A stretch of DNA of 64,000 nt. Source: Candidatus Cloacimonadota bacterium. Lineage in GTDB: Bacteria > Cloacimonadota > Cloacimonadia > Cloacimonadales > GCA-2742885. The notes under the pieces were generated by a model. That model saw only the letters and a list, made by a program, of their open reading frames with translations. It did no database searches and was not told the origin of the DNA. Location of the stretch: NCBI GenBank assembly GCA_002742885.1, contig PDOO01000035.1, positions 1,211 through 65,210 on the forward strand, written 5' to 3'. Every line of letters begins with the position of its first letter. Position 1 is the stretch's first letter. Below are positions 58,400-64,000 of this stretch, piece by piece. The position numbers and the translations under genes are program-made.

Positions 58400-61300
58400 T
58401 TAAATTTCTTTATCCGCAAGGAAGTCAATATTAAATCCTAATGATTTTAATTCGCTTACAAGGACGTTAAACGATTCGGGAATACCGGGAGCAGGCGGAT
58501 TTTGTCCGCTTGTAATAGCTTTGAAAGCATTTGTTCTGCCGTCAACGTCATCGGATTTGATGGTTAACATTTCTTCAAGAAGTCTTGATGCTCCGTAAGC
58601 TTCAAGAGCCCAGACCTCCATTTCTCCGAGACGCTGTCCTCCGTGTTGAGCTTTACCGCCGAGCGGTTGTTGCGTAATCAGTGAGTACGGTCCGGTTGAT
58701 CTGGCGTGCATTTTATCGGCAACAAGGTGGTTAAGTTTAAGCATGTAGATATAACCGACTGTTACCCTTTCTTTAAATGCTTCTCCGGTTTTTCCGTCAT
58801 AAAGAACGTGCTTACCGTCAAGCGGAAGGTCGGCAGCTTTGAGTTCGGCATGAATATCTTCTATTTTAGCTCCGTCAAAAACCGGGGTTTCTACGGAGAA
58901 TCCCAAAATTTTCGCAGCCATGCCCAAGTGAGTTTCCATAATCTGACCGATATTCATACGGGAAGGAACTCCGAGCGGATTCAAAATAATATCTACCGTT
59001 TCTCCGTTTTCCATAAAAGGCATATCTTCAATGGGAGCAATGGTTGAAATCACGCCTTTGTTTCCGTGTCTTCCCGCCATTTTATCGCCTACCTGGATTT
59101 TACGTTTCTTGGCGATATAAACTTTAACCATCTTTCTTACGCCGTAAGCAAGTTCGTCTCCGTGTTTAAGGCGATCGCGTTCTTTCTTATAGATATTGTC
59201 GTTTTCTTCTTTAGCCGATTTTACTTTAAGAATTATATCATTATAAATCTTAAGATTCATATCGGCATCTTCAACCAATTCAAAGTCAAGATTCAATCTT
59301 TTGAAATTGATTTTTTTTATATTTAATTCGTTTATAACTTCTCCGGCGTTTATAAAGAACATGTTTGTCTTTACGTCGGCAATATTTTTAGCAGTTTGTC
59401 CGATAAGATATTCTGAAAGATTTTCTTTGAGGAAAGCTTCGATTCTTTCTTTACGATCTTTCTTTCCGGCTTTCAATCTTTCTATTTGAGCTTTCTTTTC
59501 TTCGGCAAAATCAGATTTATCTTCAAGTCGCGAGAAGACCTTAACGTCAACGACAACGCCTTCCATTCCGGGTTTGGCTTTCAAAGAAGTATTGGTGAAA
59601 TCTCCTGCTCTGTCTCCAAACAATGCTCTCATGAGATTTTCTTCCGGAGAAGGATCTATATCAACGCTTTTGGGAGTAATCTTACCGACAATAATGTCTC
59701 CGTGTTTGATTAAAGAACCGGTTCTGATAATACCTGTCTTATCCAAATTGCGCAATGCTTTAGTAGGAACATTGGGAATATCGTAAGCAAGTTCTTCTTT
59801 ACCGTTTTTAACATTGCGGACAAGAACTTCTTTTTCTTCTATGTATATGGAAGTAAGCATATCTTCCATAGCCACTCTTTCGCTCAGAATAATGGCATCT
59901 TCGTAATTGTATCCGTACCAGGGCATAAACGCCACAAGCATATTTTGACCCAAAGCAAGTCTTTTATCGGCTATACAAGGTCCGTCAGAAAGCATCTCGC
60001 CTTTTTTGACAAGCTGTCCTTCATGAACAACCGGACGCTGATTCACGCATGTATCCTGATTTGATCTTTGATATTTTTTAAGCCAAATACGATCATCTCG
60101 ACCCAAATCAATTGCCAATTCATCTGTCTGACGACGTTTAATGTCTATATATTGACTGGTTGCTTTAGTAATAATTCCGTCAAAAGGAGCTTTGGCAATA
60201 ACTCCTCCGTCTTTGGCAACCAATTCTTCCATGCCTGTTCCTACAACAGGAACGGAAGGATTAAGAAGCGGCACAGCCTGACGCTGCATGTTTGATCCCA
60301 TCAAAGCGCGATTAGCATCATCGTGTTCAAGGAAAGGAATCAAAGCTGCTGAAACAGAAATGATTTGTTGAGGAGCAACTTCCATATAGTGAACTTCCGA
60401 CGGAGGAACCTGAATATACTCGCCTTTTTGACGAGCAAAAACGAAAGTATCGGTTATAACCAAATCCTTGTTTATATTGATGTCCGCTTGGGCGATAGTA
60501 TATTTATCTTCTTCCGACGGGCTGAGATAATCAACTTGCTGAGTTATCTTTCCGTCTTCTATTTTTACGTAAGGAGTTTCCAAAAATCCGAATTTATTAA
60601 CTCTTGAGAATAATGCCGGAGAAGCAATCAATCCGATATTCGGACCTTCGGGAGTTTCAACCGGGCAAATTCTTCCGTAGTGAGAATAATGAACGTCTCT
60701 CACCTCAAATCCGGCTCGTTCTCTGGTGAGACCTCCGGGACCGAGAGCCGTAAACCTTCTTTTGTGAGTCAAAGAGGCAAGCGGATTGGTTTGTTCCATA
60801 AACTGAGACAATTGACCGGTAAGAAAGAAAGAATCAATAACGGCAATCAAAGCATTGCTGTTGATTAAGTCGTGAACGGTAACTTCATCTGAGTTGGATA
60901 TAGCCATTCTTTCGGTAGCAATTCTGATAACGCGATTCAAACCGTCGGTATATTCGCTTTCGAGAAGCTCGCCTACGGTTCTTATGCGTCTGTTGCTCAG
61001 GTGATCAATATCGTCAATATCATCTTCGCCTTTATATATTTCAATTAATTTATTTACAATAGCAACCAAATCATCTTTGGTCAAAACAAATTTATCTAAG
61101 TCAACATTTACATCAAGACGATTATTTAATTTATATCTTCCGACTTCGCCCAACGAATATCTTTTGGAGTTAAAGAACATTCTTTCGACCAAAATTTCAG
61201 CCAATTCCAAAGTGGGATTTTCGCCGGGACGAATAAGGGTGTAGATTTTTTTTACAGCTTCTTCGTAATTTGCAGTTGTATCTTTTTCAAATGTATTAAA

Positions 61301-62257
61301 TAAAATTTTTCCGGTAGTTTTAGAAACTTCAGCTACGACATCTATTTCATTAAAATTCAATTCAAGCAAATCATTGATAACTTCTTCCGTAATTTCGGAA
61401 CCTGCCGAATAAACTTCTTCTCCGCTTTCCGGATTAAACAAATCCGAATAAAGCATTTTTCCCAAAGATTCGGAAACAGTCGTTTTTTCCTTTTTCAGGA
61501 AAGCTTCCGTCAATTCTTTATTTGAAGCAAGTCCTATAGTTCTCAAAAGAACGGTTACCGGTATTTTCTTCTTTTTATCAATATGAACATACATGGTGTC
61601 ATGAACGTCCAAAGAGAATTCTAACCATGATCCGGTATAAGGTATAATTTTACCGGAATAAATCATTTTTCCGCTCGGATGTTTCTCTTCCGTAAAGAAA
61701 ACTCCCGGAGATCTGTGTAATTGACTTATAATAACTCTTTCTGCGCCGTTAATTATAAAAGTGCCGTTTTCGGTAATAAGCGGAATTTCTCCCAAGAAAA
61801 TTTCTTGTTCGATTATTTTTTTTACGCGTTTTTCGCCTTGTTGCTTTAAGATTTCTTCATCATAAACTGTTAATTTCATTCTGGCTTTGACCGGCGCCTT
61901 ATAAGTAAGGTTCCGTTCATTGCATTCTTCGGTATTGTATTTTTCTTTCAAAACCGAATAATCATTAAACTCCAGAGAGTAAATTCCCTTCTGATCCTGA
62001 ATCGGGAAAACAGATTCAAAAACAGCTTGTAGCCCCATTTTTTTTCTGAGCTGCGGGTGAATGTTTCGTTGAAGGAAACGATCAAAGGAATCAATCTGCA
62101 TGGCTAAAAGATTAGGTACTTCCACCTGAGGAATCCCGAGTTCTTTTGCTTTCTTGCTGACTCGTGAGTAATTCTTGAAAACAATGTTTTTTTTGTTTAT
62201 CATCACATCACCCTTATACCTCGACATTTCGAGGTCTTCCGTGTTATTCTGTTTCAT
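58400..62257 (-). CDS. rpoB: DNA-directed RNA polymerase subunit beta
   Basis: 1285 aa. Typical blocks (GRYKLN, GPNIGLI, HGNKGV, LGEMEVWALEAYGA). The true start may be an internal Met (62227 or 62203), and I see no clear SD at any of the three. Confidence 0.95.
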   Translation of the reverse strand: MKQNNTEDLEMSRYKGDVMINKKNIVFKNYSRVSKKAKELGIPQVEVPNLLAMQIDSFDRFLQRNIHPQLRKKMGLQAVFESVFPIQDQKGIYSLEFNDYSVLKEKYNTEECNERNLTYKAPVKARMKLTVYDEEILKQQGEKRVKKIIEQEIFLGEIPLITENGTFIINGAERVIISQLHRSPGVFFTEEKHPSGKMIYSGKIIPYTGSWLEFSLDVHDTMYVHIDKKKKIPVTVLLRTIGLASNKELTEAFLKKEKTTVSESLGKMLYSDLFNPESGEEVYSAGSEITEEVINDLLELNFNEIDVVAEVSKTTGKILFNTFEKDTTANYEEAVKKIYTLIRPGENPTLELAEILVERMFFNSKRYSLGEVGRYKLNNRLDVNVDLDKFVLTKDDLVAIVNKLIEIYKGEDDIDDIDHLSNRRIRTVGELLESEYTDGLNRVIRIATERMAISNSDEVTVHDLINSNALIAVIDSFFLTGQLSQFMEQTNPLASLTHKRRFTALGPGGLTRERAGFEVRDVHYSHYGRICPVETPEGPNIGLIASPALFSRVNKFGFLETPYVKIEDGKITQQVDYLSPSEEDKYTIAQADININKDLVITDTFVFARQKGEYIQVPPSEVHYMEVAPQQIISVSAALIPFLEHDDANRALMGSNMQRQAVPLLNPSVPVVGTGMEELVAKDGGVIAKAPFDGIITKATSQYIDIKRRQTDELAIDLGRDDRIWLKKYQRSNQDTCVNQRPVVHEGQLVKKGEMLSDGPCIADKRLALGQNMLVAFMPWYGYNYEDAIILSERVAMEDMLTSIYIEEKEVLVRNVKNGKEELAYDIPNVPTKALRNLDKTGIIRTGSLIKHGDIIVGKITPKSVDIDPSPEENLMRALFGDRAGDFTNTSLKAKPGMEGVVVDVKVFSRLEDKSDFAEEKKAQIERLKAGKKDRKERIEAFLKENLSEYLIGQTAKNIADVKTNMFFINAGEVINELNIKKINFKRLNLDFELVEDADMNLKIYNDIILKVKSAKEENDNIYKKERDRLKHGDELAYGVRKMVKVYIAKKRKIQVGDKMAGRHGNKGVISTIAPIEDMPFMENGETVDIILNPLGVPSRMNIGQIMETHLGMAAKILGFSVETPVFDGAKIEDIHAELKAADLPLDGKHVLYDGKTGEAFKERVTVGYIYMLKLNHLVADKMHARSTGPYSLITQQPLGGKAQHGGQRLGEMEVWALEAYGASRLLEEMLTIKSDDVDGRTNAFKAITSGQNPPAPGIPESFNVLVSELKSLGFNIDFLADKEI

Positions 62258-62310
62258 GACCGCTGAGGTCTGTATTTAATTGATTAAAAGACGGTGTATA
62301 TATAACAAGA

Positions 62311-62347
62311 GAAGCGGACGCATTCAGAACACAGAAAGGTCCGCTTC
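62311..62347 (-). terminator. Hairpin in the rplL-rpoB intergenic region (candidate attenuator)
   Basis: GAAGCGGAC (62311..62319) pairs with GTCCGCTTC (62339..62347), a 9-bp stem. On the minus strand TCTTGTTATAT follows, which is a weak U-tract. Confidence 0.5.
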
Positions 62348-62364
62348 CAATAAATTTGCGGTAA

Positions 62365-62739
62365 TTATTTGATTTCGGCAGTTGCACCGGCAGCTTCAAG
62401 ATCAGCTTTAACTTTTTCGGCTTCTTCTTTTTCAACGCCTTCAACCACAGGTTTCGGGCAATTATCAACAAGCTCTTTAGCTTCTTTAAGACCGAGTTTT
62501 GTGATAGTGCGCACAACTTTAATTGTTTGAATTTTTTTGGCGCCGGCATCTTTAAGGATGACGTCAAATTCAGTTTTTTCGGCTGCGGCTTCTGCAGGAG
62601 CTGCACCGGCAGCGGCAACTGCTACGGGAGCAGCGGCGCTTACGCCGAAAAATTCTTCAAATTCTTTTACAAGTTCCGAAAGTTCAAGAACGCTTAATTC
62701 TTTTACGAGATCCAAGATCTGCTGTTTTTTATTATCCAT
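62365..62739 (-). CDS. rplL: 50S ribosomal protein L7/L12
   Basis: Ala-rich hinge [21 protein letters not shown]-terminal [18 protein letters not shown]. Confidence 0.97.
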   Translation of the reverse strand: MDNKKQQILDLVKELSVLELSELVKEFEEFFGVSAAAPVAVAAAGAAPAEAAAEKTEFDVILKDAGAKKIQTIKVVRTITKLGLKEAKELVDNCPKPVVEGVEKEEAEKVKADLEAAGATAEIK

Positions 62740-62765
62740 TTTTCCTCCAAGTTAATATCAATATA

Positions 62766-63293
62766 TTATTCAGCTTTATTTTCGGCCAATGCGTTAAGAG
62801 CATAGGCAAATTTGCGTAATATTCCGGACATGACGCCGACAAAACCTGTAATAGGCGCATTGAATCCGTACATAACTTTTGCAATAAGTTCTTCTTTGGT
62901 CGGAAGTTTAGCAAGTTGTTCAAGCTCATCGACATTCATAATTGATCCGTCAACATAACCGGCTTTGAATCTGGGGAATGCCTTATCTTCCATTACTTCT
63001 TTAATGAATTTTACCGTTTCTCTTGCCGGAGCAACTTCATCTTCCTTACAAACGGCAACAGCCGTCGGACCTACGAGATATTCATCAAGTTCGGTAATTC
63101 CGAGTTCGTTCAACGCAATTTTGATAAAAGTGTTTTTTGCCACAAAATAATCTACATTATTTGCGCGGTATCTGCTGCGAAGCTGGTTAACTTCTTCAAT
63201 ATTGATGCCTTTGTAGTCAACAACCACAATAGCTTTAGCTCCGTCTAAACGCTCTTTCAGACGTTTAACTATATCAATTTTATAAGTTTGCAT
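62766..63293 (-). CDS. rplJ: 50S ribosomal protein L10
   Basis: 175 aa. ...VVVDYKGINIEEVNQLR. It lies between rplA and rplL. Confidence 0.93.
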   Translation of the reverse strand: MQTYKIDIVKRLKERLDGAKAIVVVDYKGINIEEVNQLRSRYRANNVDYFVAKNTFIKIALNELGITELDEYLVGPTAVAVCKEDEVAPARETVKFIKEVMEDKAFPRFKAGYVDGSIMNVDELEQLAKLPTKEELIAKVMYGFNAPITGFVGVMSGILRKFAYALNALAENKAE

Positions 63294-63302
63294 TCTTCCT
63301 CC

Positions 63303-64000
63303 CTACTTTTTAGCTTCCGTCGAAACCGAGGAAACATCTAATTTTACGGAAGGACTCATGGTAGCAGCAAGAGTAATGCTCTTAATGTAAGTCCCTTTAA
63401 CTGTAGCGGGTTTTTCGCGTAAAATAGCGCTTACGACAGTCAATATGTTTTCTTTAAGCTTATCCGCTTCGAAACTTATTTTTCCGACAGGGATATGAAG
63501 ATTTGAAAATTTATCGATGCGATAAGCAACCTTTCCGCCTTTTGATTCATTAACAGCCTTGGCAACATCCATTGTTACCGTTCCGACTTTGGGATTAGGC
63601 ATCAAACTTCTGGGACCCAGAATACGACCGAGGCGACCGATTTTACCCATTAAATTCGGGGTTGCAACAGCAACATCAAAATCTGTCCATCCGCCTTGAA
63701 TCTTTTCAACTAAATCATCAAGTCCGACATAATCGGCTCCGGCAGCTTTTGCTTCTTCAGCTTTTTCGCCTTCGGCAAAAACCAATACCGTAACTTGCTT
63801 TCCGGTTCCGTTAGGCAAAACCAATGAATTCCTTATTTGCTGATCTGCTTTACGAGGATCAACACCGGTATGGAAATGTAATTCAACAGTTTGGTCAAAC
63901 TTCAGTGCAGGAAATGATTTAAGAAGTCCCAGCGCTTCGCTGAGATCGTAATATTTATTATGATCAGTCAGCTTAGAAGCCTCATTGTAACGTCTGCTTC
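63303..64000 (-). CDS. rplA: 50S ribosomal protein L1; its 5' end lies beyond the window
   Basis: The track ORF begins at an internal TTG (63824). The same frame stays open up to base 64000 and reads ...[66 protein letters not shown], which is typical of the L1 N-terminal region. Confidence 0.93.
   Translation of the reverse strand, partial: SRRYNEASKLTDHNKYYDLSEALGLLKSFPALKFDQTVELHFHTGVDPRKADQQIRNSLVLPNGTGKQVTVLVFAEGEKAEEAKAAGADYVGLDDLVEKIQGGWTDFDVAVATPNLMGKIGRLGRILGPRSLMPNPKVGTVTMDVAKAVNESKGGKVAYRIDKFSNLHIPVGKISFEADKLKENILTVVSAILREKPATVKGTYIKSITLAATMSPSVKLDVSSVSTEAKK

Noticed and set aside
62244-62618. 124-aa ORF overlapping rplL and the rpoB start in another frame
   Set aside because: It is an alternative frame of the Ala/Lys-rich L7/L12 gene. 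The repetitive K, L and P content is a frame artefact.
1-64000. Search for tRNA, rRNA, CRISPR repeats, prophage or defence-system genes
   Set aside because: No T-loop-like GTTCRAnYC motif occurs in any intergenic region. There are no regularly spaced direct repeats outside coding repeats. I recognised no integrase, RT, Cas, restriction or toxin-antitoxin signatures.

Overview
AT-rich bacterial chromosomal segment that is densely coding and mostly housekeeping. I found no rRNA, tRNA, CRISPR array or intact mobile element. Lineage hints are five proteins with type-IX-secretion (T9SS) C-terminal sorting domains, a PorV-like outer-membrane protein and a bTHX ribosomal protein gene. These point to the FCB superphylum, possibly Cloacimonadota-like, but I cannot verify that without a search. 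Order of content: (1) a flagellar basal-body/export operon, flgB-flgC-orf99-fliE-fliF-fliG-fliH-fliI, behind a near-consensus sigma-54 promoter. (2) A long minus-strand operon: lipoprotein-ruvX-mltG-CPA2 antiporter-EIIA/PII-like fusion-histidine phosphatase. (3) An envelope operon: PEGA protein-hypothetical-MBOAT-DltD-like. (4) An orphan cNMP-binding histidine kinase and an unlisted bTHX gene. (5) A secreted PPAD/agmatine-deiminase-like T9SS cargo. (6) A fusA-led operon carrying a STAS/REC-kinase partner-switching pair, then prmC-murA-mnmA and a BASS transporter. (7) purL. (8) A tight minus-strand operon: porV-like gene, giant M6 (InhA-like) metalloprotease cargo, three tandem paralogous PG-x-G(Q/E) proteins; a C15-peptidase-like cargo lies next to it. 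(9) A 1.1-kb non-coding gap with decayed gene fragments. (10) Metabolic and tRNA-modification genes: class III aminotransferase, trmFO, queC, DUF374, aspartate aminotransferase, nnr, thioesterase. (11) Two more T9SS cargo genes. (12) A decayed IS1182-type transposase fragment. (13) rplA-rplJ-rplL-rpoB-rpoC-rpsL-rpsG, which ends in a strong terminator with no fusA or tuf. No known defence system or prophage is visible. The best candidates for undescribed biology are the porV-M6-paralog operon, the antiporter/EIIA-PII/phosphatase module and the secreted deiminase. All family calls come from motif recognition by eye and need HMM or structure confirmation.
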